From: Batkoa obscura
Lineage: Eukaryota
DNA length: 64,000 nt
Direction: 5' to 3'
Assembly: GCA_030770535.1 (NCBI GenBank)
Contig: JASVEC010000017.1
Location: forward strand, 806,001 to 870,000
Position 1 is the first letter of the stretch, and the number at the start of each line of letters is the position of its first letter. The notes beneath the pieces were generated by a model, which had not been told where the DNA came from, ran no database searches, and saw only the letters and a list, made by a program, of their open reading frames with translations. Shown in pieces: positions 26,397-39,768 of this stretch. A program made the position numbers and the translations under genes.

Positions 26397-27439
26397 ATGC
26401 AAAACTTTAACGTTCAAGTAGGCGGTCATCAAAACATATTGCAAGATGAAGATAAAGCTATAATATTCAAACCAGCCTTACCAACAGAAAAAGATTTTTA
26501 TGAGCAAAGTTTGAATTTCCAACTATTTTACCCTATTTACCTAATTTTATGGGTATTTTACACCCACGACCAAATGTGAATCCAGAAGGTATGGAAAATC
26601 AAGAGGTTAGCCTGAAGGAATTGAAGCATACTAAATCCAAAGATAGCGATGGAAATATCCTTTTTTTTTAAATTTATATTATTAATTAATAACTAATACT
26701 GATACTCCTTAACTTCTTCTTTACCTTTTATTTGTTTAGAAAATTTACTATCCGGTTATAAACAACCGAATGTATTAGATTTGAAAATAGGTACGGTATT
26801 GACCGATCATTTAGCTACTGAAGAAAAAAAAGAGAGAATGAGAAAGAGAGCCCAAGAAACCACTTCTTTTGAAATGGGAATAAGGGTCACTGGCATGAAG
26901 GTAAAGCTTTTATTCTATTTAAAGTTAGTGTATAAGAGTAACAATGGTCAATACTTCTAAAGGTATACAATAACATCACTAAGGAATATAAGGACTACGA
27001 TCGAGAATACGGTGTCAACTTAACCAAAGATACAATGATCAACGCTTTTGAAGAGTTCTTTCCTAAAGAGATAGATACTGAGTTACGAAATTGCATAATC
27101 CAAGGTTTCATGAGCGAAATCACCGACTTGACTGGTATTTTAAAAACTCTACCCATCTCTATGGTAGCTTCTTCTTTATTGTTTGTTTATGAAGGGGATA
27201 GTGAAGAGCTAAGGAAAAAGATAGAGGAATATCAGTTGGAATATAACAGTGAGGATGAGGATAACGAGGAAGAAGAGGAAGAGGAAGAACAAGAACAGAT
27301 ACCACCTTTTAGGCTGAGATTAATTGACTTTGCTCACTCTTTTTGGTTACCACCAAAACATGAGTTAGATGAAGGCTGCTTTTTGGGATTGAAGAATACA
27401 GTAGATTTCTTGGGAAAATTAGTAGAAGAAAGTAATTAA
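26397..27439 (+). CDS. Inositol polyphosphate (multi)kinase, IPK family; contains an AT-AC intron and an apparent 1-nt frameshift near 26515
   Basis: QVGGH, CLENLL..YKQPNVLDLKIG (PxxxDxKxG), SSLLFVYEGD and RLIDFAH. Confidence 0.85.
26655..26724 (+). other. U12-type (minor spliceosome) AT-AC intron
   Basis: 5' ATATCCTTT, branch site TCCTTAAC (26706-26713), 3' TTAC; splicing gives in-frame DG-T-FICLENLL. Confidence 0.85.
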
Positions 27440-27647
27440 AAGTTGGATATACTTTTAAGTTAAAGATAAATATGTGTTAAAAATATACGTTTTATGCTGT
27501 TTAGAACTATAGTAGTAGTTATTAGTATTTAAATTTTATACGATATATTTTTAATAAAAATTTATTTACTTTTATTATAACATAAGGACGTTTTTTATTA
27601 ATACATTTAATATTTCTACTAACTAAAACCCAGTTTAAACCTTTAGC

Positions 27648-29966
27648 TTAATGAATGGAACGTGTACGCTTCACTTCACTTCTTTGAGGTAAAATAGAAT
27701 CGACATGAGGTGCCCTATGAGGCTCTTTATTTTTCAAGGCTTTATAAGCTAAAAAAGTCAATTATTAATAACACAAGTCCTTTAAAATAATAATAATAAA
27801 AGCTTACCCGACTCAACAAGCAATTCTACTTCACAACGATTACGTATCAATTCCATCATTGGAAATGTAGATTGCATACCTTTTAATGCCCAATAATGCA
27901 CTAATTCAGGGGTTGGATTAGAGAAGAGATTGTTATAATCCGTTAAACTCACAGAGGGGAAAATGGTTACATCCCCTGAGAAAGTTTGATCGACTACGCC
28001 ACGTAATAAACGGGGCAGAAGGCCAAAATGATCTAACTAAAATACAAAGATAAAGAATTAGAGTTTATTAACAGTTCAGTTAATTTATGATTACCTGTTG
28101 GGCACGATGCAACAATTCTGATACGATAACATTACGTATCCTTGAAGTAAAAGAATCATCTTGTAATTGAAATCCTTTCGTTACAAAAGGAGCTATATAG
28201 GGACTGGCTTGAGATACTATAAAATGGTTGACATTGAATAATTCAGATAATCTTGAGATAGGGGTTTCTCTATTTATATTAAGTAAGTTTAAATTATAAT
28301 GAAAATGAAGAGATTATTACAATTCGGATGTTAATGAATTGGTTCTTTTTATAGCTAATTAATAGTTTGGTATGAGATTCGAATAGATTATTATGCAAAG
28401 TAAATTTACTTGATGAACTCAATGGCACAATTTCACCATATTCATTTTTAATTAATAAATCTACGGTATCATATAATCCTGAAATGGCTGCTGATTTTAT
28501 AGCTGCACTACGGATTAACTAGAATAGTTATTAAAAATAAAATACTTAACTAAGTTAAGATAACAAAACTAATCTTACCACATTAGGAGCGGTTAAATAA
28601 TTTAAAAGTTGAGGTACTTCATTTTTTCTTAACGGGGAAACGGAAATATTTAATATTCTACCAGTTTTAAAAAATGCTTCCTAATAAAATTAAATCAACT
28701 TGAATTGACTAACAATTTTATCAGTCATTTATTGACTTACTTCAAATGTAATATCTCCAGTATTACTATAAACACAACGCTCTAATATTCTGATGTCAAG
28801 TAAATGACCTTTAAATTATTAATATCAATATCCTATCATTATAGAATAACACTACTTACCAGTTTTAAATAATCTTAGCACTTTACGCCAAGCTGTACCA
28901 ATTGGTTTGTTTTGTGCAAAGGCTTTTAAATTAATACCATCTGGTGTTAAAAACAACTAAGTAATAATAAATAAATTAATCATATATACTTCTGAATTCA
29001 CACTTACTGGTAACTCTTCATCCGTATGAATACAAACCAAAGCTGCAATCAAAGCCCCAATTTGAGTACCACAGATAATTTTTGGTAATAAACTTTGTTC
29101 GAACAAGGCCTTTATAACGCCTACATGAGCAATAGCAAACGTAGCTCCACCATGTAGGATTAAAGCTGTGTTACCAAAAGCCATTCTAAAATCATGGAGA
29201 AAATCCATTTTTACCTGAGGTGATAATTCTTCTGGTGTGGCTTGTGAGATACGTACTATTTGGGAGGATACTTCTTGGATATATTCTGAGATTAAATTTT
29301 TGGTACTAAATAAAATGAGTTATTATTGTTAGAATGATGTAGTATTATAAAATACCCGGAATAACAATAAGAATATAATTTTGGATCATTCATACCGCCT
29401 AGATTTCTTAATACACCTAATAAAATTTAATTAATGATATAAGAATAGATGTATCATTTAAATAATATTTTTACCTGACCTTAAAAAATCCATCATTTCT
29501 AATAAATCATTTTTTTTATGAATTTGATTGATATATTTTAACCTTCTATAAATCAATTGATGATCGTAATATCGATTAATTGGATTACTTTTCCATACTT
29601 CGTTGTCTATCGCTGGGTTTAATATTATGCTATTTATTAATCAATGTTTGAAATTACCTAAAAGTCTAGAAAAATTATAATAAATTTTTACTTGAAAGTA
29701 ATTATTTTAGATTTACCTATCCAAATGTATAGCTATCTCTGAATACTCCTCATAAGTTTCAGCATTACTTAATCGAGTTAACAAGATCTCTTTAGAAGTT
29801 GGTTTTATTATAGAGGAGATAAATTTCTAAATTGAATGCATAAAATAAATAACTATTAATGTACATTCTTAACTCAATTACTTACATTCCACCAATAATG
29901 TAGCACTTCAACCCATAAAAAGAAGCAAGCTGTAACTATATCAATTAATTTACTAAGGAATCCCAT
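27648..29966 (-). CDS. Patatin-like triacylglycerol lipase, TGL3/4 family; many exons including an 8-nt microexon
   Basis: AFGNTALILHGGATF..HVGVIKAL, LLPKIICGTQIG, GDITFEEAF..TGRILNISV, LNYLTAPNV and RLSELFNVNHFIVSQA. Confidence 0.88.
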
Positions 29967-30655
29967 TTAATGAAACTGAACAAATATGTTTCTAGATAAT
30001 ATTAGTTTTTGATTTTTTTTAATTGCTTTAATTTATGACGTTTGTTTTTCAAATGATTTAGACGTTTAACCAAATTGGGTCATATTTAAGAAAGTTATCA
30101 GTGCGTTTGAGTACTTGCTTTGTAATATTTATGTTGGATAAGTTTTATTAAAATTACTAAAATTATGTTTCAATTTCGTGATATAATTCATATTATAATT
30201 TACATGTGTCTATTAACTTCTTAGCTTATATTAATACTTTACTTGTTCTAAAAGTTTATTTAGATACATTATTTAGGAATAGTTTTATAATCATGTTCAA
30301 TTTAAAAGCATAATAAGTTTTAATTAAAATATAAAAACATAGTATAATTAAACACAACATCTATTTATATTTTATCAAACTAATTTTAATTAAATTAAAA
30401 TTAATATTCATACAAATTATTTTAAAAATTAGAATATTCATAAATAAATCATCAAGCATATCTCATCACATTGAAAAACTTACTTTTGATTAGCCAAAAA
30501 TATAAGAAACCTTAATCCAACTTGGGAAAATGAGGTAAAAAATCCAAAGTTTAAAGAATTTAAAAATCTAAATTTGACCGCCAAAATTATCAATTTATAC
30601 TTGACTGTGGCACATTCATTTTTTAATTCATTGAATTTCAACCTTAGCTTAAGTG

Positions 30656-33600
30656 ATGGATCAACATAATTTAGATACACTAAGAAGAAGAAAAGAGTAT
30701 CCCATAATACCACCAAAACCAATACCACCGGTACCAATGCGACCATCCCATAGTAGTGGAAACGCAACTTATCAAGCACCTAATTATCAAGCACCGGTAT
30801 TACCTTCACGTTCTTCAGAGTCTAGAGACTCCTATAGTACACACTCAAGGAACAGCAATGGTAGTGGAAGCTATAAAGTACCAAGTTTACCCCCACGTTC
30901 ACCAGAAAGACGAAGCAACTCACATAATACTCATTCAAGAAATAACAGTGGTAGTAATAATAAAATAGCTAATCATCAGTTTAATTTAGACTCTAGTTAT
31001 ACTACCAACCAACAAAATACAATGATACGTCATAGTGTTAATTTTATTGCACCACCTAATTTTTCTCAACAACAAAGTAGTAGTATTCAACAAGAAATCA
31101 ATAATCATCCACGTCAAAGTTATAAGTTTCCAGATCCAGCGGATTATCTTACTTCTAAAGTAAGTCCAGATACAGGAGAGTTTAGTCATAGTGATGGAAA
31201 CGAAGATTATGTAGATTCTATACCAGCTTTAACTTGGGCTAATCGTAGTAGTTTTAATAGAGATAAAATAGAAAATCAAGATTATTTTAATCATAATGAA
31301 AATTTACCAGCTATTATTTATGATCATGAACCAAATAATCCATTATCTCCTGGTACTCAAAGAAGGAATTCATTAAGTTGCTTGACTACTTTAGGGCTAG
31401 ATAGTAATCTGGTTTCTCAAGAACAGATTTTACACCCTGGTTTATTAAGTGAGATTGTGGAAGGTTTTAAGAGAACGTCTCAAGAGATAATGACTGGGTC
31501 CCAGATACTGGTAAGTTTATTTCTCATTTATTTAAAGTATTTATTTATATTTAATAAAAATATTTAGGATTTAATAGAAAAAGCAGCGAATCTACCCAGG
31601 GGGAACAGAAGTTATTCCATTCTCATTTGTCAAGCTTTAGAACCCTATAACATATTTACACATACTGTGGACGAAGATTTACCATTACTAGATGGCTATG
31701 AAGAGATTTATGTAGTAGATATTGGTCGATTACAAAAACCTACATTTTCACCAAAATCAGTATTAACATATTTAACTAAATGTTATTATCCTACTTGTTC
31801 TATTATGGAACCTTGTAATCAACATGGATGTCCAACTAGGGTATTAACATTTTATTGAATATTTTTAATATTTTAATATTTTATAGAAATTATATTTAAC
31901 TAGCGACATTGGTGTATATAAAGTAGTCAATAGACTATGTGGTAATAAATCAGACTCGATTCAATCAATAGCTCATAGAAAAAGTAAAAGTCATGTGGAT
32001 GTTTCTAGTATTGCGGATACAGACACATTGGTACCTTCTATATTTACAATTGATTCTTCATTACATATAGCTGAAGTAAGTTATATTTTAGTCAAGTAAA
32101 ATTTAAAAAGTTTAATCCATTGAATAAAGGAAGCAGAATTATGGACTCAAGCAGTACCTAAAGAAATAGTAGAAAGTGTCAATGTAGATGAAAAGAAGAG
32201 ACAAGAATTGATTTTTGAAACAATTAAAACAGAAAGAGATTTTGTTAAAGATATGGAATTAATTGATGTAATTTTTGTAAGAGCATTAAAAAAAGGAAAC
32301 ATATATGAAAAAAGTCGAGTAGAAGCAGTATTATCCACTTTGTTTTATAATTATAAAGATATTACCTTAATTAATCAAATTTTATTTCAAAAATTAAAAA
32401 AGAGACAAATGGAAGACTATATAGTTTATCAAATTGGGGATATATTTTTAGAATGGGCTAAAAATTTAGAATGTTATGCTCATTATGGGGGTCATTTAGC
32501 TTATACTCAAGATTTTATTAAAAATGAAATTGAATATAATCCTAAATTTGCTCAATTTTTAAAAGAATGTGAAAAACATCCAGAATCTAGAAGATTATCT
32601 ATTCAATCTTTTGTAGGTAGAGCTACCACTCGTTTAGGTAGATATCCTTTACTTTTGGAAAGTATATTAAAAAAATCAAGTGAAAATTCACCAGACAAAA
32701 TTCTTATTCCTCAAGCTTTGGATTTAATTCGTGATACCCTTAATTTAGTCAATAAATTGGCTGGTGAAGCAGATGAAAAATTGAAAATTAATTATATTAA
32801 TTCACATTTATATTTTAAACCAGAGGATGAATATATAGTAAGAATTTTTATTTTTATTTTTGTTAATATTTTATCAATTTATAAATTTAAAGGAACCTAA
32901 ACTAGATCAACCTGGTAGAAAATTAATTAAAGAAGGACTAATGAAAAGAGTATCACCTGCAGGAAATCAAAATATTAAATTGTTTTTATTTGATAATGTT
33001 TTAATATTAGCAAAAGAAAAGAAAAAAGTGGTTACTGAATATAGAGCCATATGCCCAGTAATTTAATTATGAAACTTTTAAATTAAATTAAACTAAATTA
33101 ATTTATTTATCCTAATTAGGCTATCCCATTACATGCTATGCATATCAACGAAGATGCAAATGTCAAATCCTATTACCAAAAGTTAGCAGAAACGACCAAA
33201 ACAGCAAGACCATCTACAGAAAATACATTAGTAGCTTTACCACCGGATAATGATTTTGTATTCTCAATTACTTATTTTGGTAAAAAACCAGGAGTTCAAT
33301 ATATTACAGCTGCTAATGCTAAAGAAAAATCAACTTGGGTACAATTGATTCAAGATGCTATTCAAGCTTCACCTTATGTAATGAACAAAATTGTACAAAC
33401 TTGTAATGTATTTCAATCAGCTATGAATCAAGCTCATATCATTTGTACTTGTGATTATAAAAGTAAACTAAATTAACGGATGTTTATTAATTAAATTTAA
33501 TATATTTATTTAATTAGCTAAAATTGATCAAGTATTTGTATTTGGATGTGATGATGGTGTTCATATACTTTCACAAGCAGGAGCTTTAAGACGTGTTATT

Positions 33601-34828
33601 CGATCTACTCATAAAGTATTACAAATAGAAATTGTAGAAGAATATCATGTGGTATTAGTATTAACTAGTAATTATTTATTATTTTAAGTTTTATTATATT
33701 AATTAATTTTTTATTAGCTGATAAATTATTAATGGCCTATCATTTAGAAGTACTAAATGATAGTAGTGGAAAAATATCTACCTTATCAACTAAATTAAGT
33801 GAAAATGTAGCTTATTTTCGAATTGGACAAAATGGGAATCAAAAATTATTAATATCAGTAAAACATAATTCCTTAAAATCTTATTTTAAAACCATAGAAT
33901 TTGTTAATATGAATAACGAAACGAAATTATCTCAAAAAAATAAATTATTATGGCATTCAAAATATAAAACAGGATTAAGATTTTTAAAGGTAAGAATTAT
34001 AAAAGTTGAAGTTTAATGATTTTTGATATTAATTAATTTTTTTCTATAGAAATTTTATGTAGCTACTATTGCCAATAATGTTAGCTTTTTAAAAACTAGA
34101 TTAGCTATTGCTTGTGGGCCAGGTTTTGAAATTGTTTCTTTAGATGCTTTAGATAAAAATTATAGTAAGTATTTATAAAAATTACTAATATAATATATTT
34201 GACGATATTTAATTTTGATATTAATTTTAATATTAATTTTAATTAGGTGTACCTGAACTTACCGACCCAATTATAGCAAGTGATTCGAATTTATTTTCAA
34301 GATTTGTAAATGCAACACCACTTTCTATGCTAAGAGCTAATCCTGGGGAATTTTTACTTTGTTATAAAGGTAATATTATATTATAGCATTTATTTCTATT
34401 ATAATATTTATATTTAATTTATTATATTAGGTTTTGGATTATATATTTCAAATAATGGTAAAACTTCACGTGGTAAACAATCCGTTGTTGAATGGTTAGC
34501 TTCCCCAACTAATTTTAGTAAGCTTATTACTTTATCATTATATTAATTTTAGTTTATTTATTTAATTTTAGAATTAATTTATCCTAATTTAATATGTTTT
34601 GATACAAATTTAATTGAGATAAGAAGGATAGATACTGGGGAATTGTTGCAAGTTATATTGTGTAATAATTTAATCTTATCTAATCCAACTGATCTTAATC
34701 AAATTGAAACTCAATGTATTACTGATACTAAAAATCAATCAGGTCAAAGATTATTTCGTATTTTAGCACAACCACAAACAATTCCGCCTTCTCCTGCTGG
34801 TATTATGGATTCTTATGATTCTAAATAA
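30656..34828 (+). CDS. Rho1 guanine nucleotide exchange factor (Rom2/Rgf-like; DH-PH-CNH), multi-exon
   Basis: Pro/Ser-rich N-terminus, LTKCYYPTC, LWTQAVP, KRQELIFETIKTERDFV, RLGRYPLLL, LFLFDNVL and C-terminal CNH-like exons. Confidence 0.85.
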
Positions 34829-34947
34829 TTATCATTATTTTTTTATAATTATAATTATAATTATATCACATTGGAGTTTATATTAGAAAATAATCAATAT
34901 TTTATATTTAATAAATTAATATTCAATTAAAATAATAGCAATAATAT

Positions 34948-35038
34948 GGGGATATATTTTTGTGTTTGAGAATTTTACTAACAATCTTTCCGCTCAAATA
35001 ACGCTTAAAAAATGGAAAAAATAATGAAACCAAAAAAT
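34948..35038. mobile_element. MITE copy, one end truncated
   Basis: ATAT|GGGGATAT...TGAAACCAAAAAAT. Confidence 0.8.
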
Positions 35039-35076
35039 ATATAACTATATGAACTATAATTTAAAGTTACTAATTT

Positions 35077-35172
35077 GAGGATGTTTTTTTGGCTTCATCA
35101 CTTTTTCCATCTTTTAAGCGCTATTTGAGTGGAAAAATTGAGTAAAATTCTTAAACACAAAAATACATCCCC
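35077..35172. mobile_element. MITE copy, inverted relative to 34948-35038
   Basis: GAGGATGTTTTTTTGGCTTCA...ACATCCCC|ATAT. Confidence 0.85.
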
Positions 35173-35207
35173 ATATAATAAGAATAAATTTTTTATTTTA
35201 TAATGAA

Positions 35208-36662
35208 TTATTTATCATTTATTATTTGCAATAGTAAATAGTAATTCTAAAAGATTAAGATAATCATCTCCACCTAGAGCACAAGCTACATCCACTTTAC
35301 CTAAACAAATACCAATATTTGCTTTTTGTAGTGTAGTTAAATGGACACTTTTTAATATAAATTTACGAATCTAAAAATAATAAACATAAATAGTAGTTAA
35401 CAATTAATAATTAAAACTTACTTGTTGTAAAATACTATCTAATGGATATCCATCAGCAATAATTGTTTTACAAGCTTCAATCATATCACCACTACCTTTA
35501 GTTATAGTTGTATTTAATAAAGTTTCAATTACATTATCCGGTATTACCTTAATGAGTTTTATATTAATAATTTAATTTAATTTGATAATTGATATTTTGT
35601 TAAATTAATTTACCCCAGCGATTTCATCCACTTGTTTACAAGTTAATTTTTCTTCATAATATTTTTGAGAGGATTGTAATAACATGATAGCCCTTCTTAA
35701 ATCTCCATTACATATTGTTATTAATTTTTCAATTGCCTAAATAAATATATTACTTAAACAAACAACTTTTATAATTTCAATATTTTAATTACTTCATTAT
35801 CATAATTTAATCCTTCGCTTTCACAAATAAATTGCAATCTTTTTAATCCCAATTCTTGTGGTATTGGTTTAAATCGAAATTTAGCACATCGAGAAGCTAA
35901 TGGCTCAATAATACTAAAATATTAATTATAAAATTATTATTGTTCATTTACTTCAATAACTGAGTTAAATTAAATTACCGAGAAACGTAATTACAAATCA
36001 AACAAAATCTAGTAACTTTAGAATGCTCTTCCATAATACGTCTTAATGCAGCTTGTGCATCACTAGTTAATGAATCAGCTTCATCTAATATAATAATTTT
36101 ATAACTGATTGAATGACCGTTAGCACTTTCAAAAAAAAATTAGTGAATTTTAAAAAAATGCTAATTAGGGATGTTAATCTAATTACTTAACCCCAGTACC
36201 CACACTTCTTTTTGCAAAACTTTTAACTTTTTCTCTTACTACAGCAATTCCTCTTTCGTCAGAAGCATTTAGCTCTAAGATCTTTTCTTTAAGTTCTTTT
36301 TCTCTATAATTGAAATTTAAAAATGATAAATAAATATTAATGATGAACTTTCACTTACCCATACAACTCTCTAGCTAAAGCTAAAATACTACTTGTTTTT
36401 CCAGTACCTGGTGGACCATAAAACAGTAAATGAGGTAACTAAATCGAAATAAGGGAATTGAAATCAACATTTAAAAAATAAAATAAATCTTACATTCTTA
36501 GAAGTGATACTTTTACGTAAAACTTGAACAATTTCTTCTTGAGCACTGATTTCACTCATATCCTTTGGACGACTATTGACTTGATTAATTTTATCTTATT
36601 TTAAGTAAATACCCCTTTAATTACTATTTTTCAATCCATGGTAAATTTGTTTTCGTGGCCAT
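35208..36662 (-). CDS. RFC2: Replication factor C small subunit (yeast Rfc2 / human RFC4 type), multi-exon
   Basis: [55 protein letters not shown] and GDLRRAI. Confidence 0.9.
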
Positions 36663-36800
36663 TATAAAATCAAAAAGTAAGCATTCAAATTTTGGAAGTT
36701 TTTGATTTCATTCATAATTTTTCTAGTTTCCAGGTTTAGTAAATTAATAAACAGTAATTAACAAAAAGCAAAAACAAAATAATAAATAAATTATTTTTAT

Positions 36801-37457
36801 TTAGTTATTTAATATAATAGTATATTCATCTAAATACTTAACTAAACAATTATACAAATGTAAAGCTTTAAAAGAAATGTTTTTATAATAAATTAATATA
36901 AACTCAATAAAAATAGTTGAATTATATCCATGGATATTATGAATCAATACATTATTTAAATTAGGTTGTTCTTTTATCCTTCTATTCATACTAAAATGGA
37001 TTGTATTATCTATAAACCTACAATATTTCAATTCAAAGTTATACAAATTCTTATATGACGTATACAAAAAATGTAAAACTCAATCTATAATTTAAAATTC
37101 TTTATTTTTAATGTAATAAAATTATTACACTTCTTCAGATATATTTCTTTACTTAAAAAATAATCAACTATTAAAATAATATTAAAATAATATTAAAATA
37201 TTCTTTTATTTTTAAATAATTATTTAATGTTAAATAAATTTTTATAATATTTGGATACATAAATAAAGAGATTAGTATTCCTGTAAATGTTTTAAGATCT
37301 AAATACTGAATACGACGATGTTTTCTTTGGTTTCATTACTTTTTCCATTTTTTACAAATTAAAAGTAAATTGAATTTGTCTTTATCTGTTAAATAGTATA
37401 TTATTTCTTTTATTATGCACTCTTGTCTAGATTCTTCAATTTAAACAAATCTCTCAT
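36801..37457 (-). pseudogene. Heavily deleted F-box/LRR-like pseudogene
   Basis: F-box-like start (MRDLFKLKNL...DKDKFNLL..CKKW) fused to a MITE fragment at 37316-37352; C-terminal fragment YTSYKNLYNFE. Confidence 0.6.
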
Positions 37458-37899
37458 TTCTAAATTAATTTAAGAGAAAGAAATAAAAAATTAAAGAGTT
37501 TTAATTTTGAGTTTTTATTAAAAATAAAAGATAGCATATTGTAGCTATTTTAGTTTATATCTACTTTGGTTAAATATTTATTTAAGAAGATTTGAATATT
37601 GACTTAGAAGTTAGCGCAACAATACAAATAATTGATTATAAAAGTTATAATTATACAAGACATATTTGACATAATAGCTGTATACATTAAAACTAAATTC
37701 ATTTATGCTGTCTTTGAAAATAACGTGTGTTAGACTTAATTTCAGTAGTCATTGTCAGATATCATTTTTGAGATAGTAGATTAAAGATGTAAGAGTTTAC
37801 TTTAAGTTGTTTTAGAGAAGGTTGGCTACTAATAAGATATACTAAATAGACTCAATACTTTTTAAAATGGTTGGTCTTTTTTAAGAGTAAACAATATAT

Positions 37900-37994
37900 G
37901 AAGATGTGTTTTTTTGTTTAAGAATTTTACTAACAAACTTTCCACTCAAATAGTGCTTAAAAAATGGAAAAAATGAAGCCAAAAAAATACCCCC
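37900..37994. mobile_element. MITE copy at the boundary of the inverted duplication with 13726-14327
   Basis: ATAT|GAAGATGT...ATACCCCC; near-identical to the reverse complement of 14233-14327. Confidence 0.85.
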
Positions 37995-38302
37995 GTATAT
38001 ACTTTTATTAAGAGATTACAAAGACCAAGGCTTCAACGATCTCAATATTAGATTTTCATCAGGGAACACAAATCAATAAAATAGCTTGTATATTAAATTA
38101 TATGATGATTTATTGATAAAAATGCTATAACATTTCTATTATCAAATCATTAGCTTAATGATAAAACATAGTTATAACAATGTATTCAAAACATTAAATC
38201 TCATAATCATAATTAAAATGATGCATCGTTGACATCAATTAAAAATCAAATACTATATAAAGAACACTAATGGAAACTAACTTGTTTTTAAACTAAATCA
38301 CA

Positions 38303-39768
38303 ATGGCCAATAACTTCAAACTTCAGAGCTTGGAGTCATTTATCATCAAATATATACTATCCTATCTCTCGCATAAAGATAAACCCAATTTTCTTGTGTT
38401 TTGTAAAGCATGGAATAACACGACAATGCCTATTTTATTGGAAGACATGAGTTTGAGCTATTGCTTTGAGTACAAAGAAAAGATGATGGAAGCTTTTGAG
38501 AAAAATGGCCATTATATCAAACGATTATATCTTATAAAGTTTTCGGAATCACCCATTTATTCCCATTGTATCTAAACAGTAAAAGTCTTTCAATATTTTT
38601 AGTTGACTATTTTGAGTATACAGAGCATTCCAAAGACATTTGATTAATAGTCCTTAATTATTCCAATCCTTTTTATAAAAGAAGTTCAATGCTACACACC
38701 TGTAGTATTGAACTCGAAAAATATATAGATTCAAATGAAGTTAACATTAAAATTGATTTTCAAAATTTGGAATACTTGGAAATTAATAATTTAGGTAATT
38801 GCTTCACAACATTGATAGTATCACATTTATCATCAACTATTACTGTACTTATAATCAAATACACTTTTCGTAGTATAAAAAAGGGACATTTTGGAAACTT
38901 ATTAAACAAATCTAATAATGTGGCTATGCTCAAAATAGCTCTTATTAATCCTCAGTCAATGGAACTTGATCACTTATTTGATAAATAGTTTCTGAAATTA
39001 AAGAAATTTGAATTTCACAGCTTATGAACGGTAGATCCAAAGTTTTCTTTAAATCAATTGTGTGTAAATTTGACTAATTATTCAAGACTTGAAGCATTTG
39101 GATTTTACCATTGTATTACGCTAAAATTTAAAGGAGAATCAAATTGACTAACATTGGCTTTTCTAAAACAGTTGTAGATAATGTATTGTTTCCAAATTTA
39201 AAGTCATTGAGTTTGGTCAGTTTTAAGATACAACTAATCAGCTTTATGTAGTTTTCGACATGTCAACAATTATACTTTTAGATATTAGCGTAAATGATGA
39301 GAATGATTTTGATGTCAAACTATTTTTATGTGAAGAAATTTATCCCAAGAACAACAATAATGTAATCATATTGAAAATTGGAACTGCATCTATAAGGAGC
39401 ATTTTTTTTTTTAATATATGCCATGTCTCAATTTATATAAACTTGAAATGACATATGAGGGTGTTTTTTTTAGTTTCATTATTCTTTCCATTTTTTAAGC
39501 ACTATTTGAATAGAATAATTGTTAGTAAAATTCTTAAACAAAAAAATACATCCTCATATTGTGATTTTATAATTGATATGCCATTTATATACTATGATAT
39601 GATAAAAGATTCCAGTCTATCCAATGTAACATTCAGAGATTTTAAATGCTCCGATTTAAAGGAGTTTGAGTTATTTTTTAACATATTTTAAAAACATAAA
39701 ATACATATAATATGGATTTTTACAAAAAAATATGAATATGGTTCTCGGTTATTTTTTATTGAAGGATG
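38303..39768 (+). pseudogene. F-box/LRR-like pseudogene with frameshifts, stops and a MITE
   Basis: Fragmented ORFs at 38303, 38689 and 39260 are collinear with 41616-42995. Confidence 0.8.
39457..39555. mobile_element. ~99-bp MITE with perfect ATAT TSD
   Basis: ATAT|GAGGGTGT...ACATCCTC|ATAT. Confidence 0.9.
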
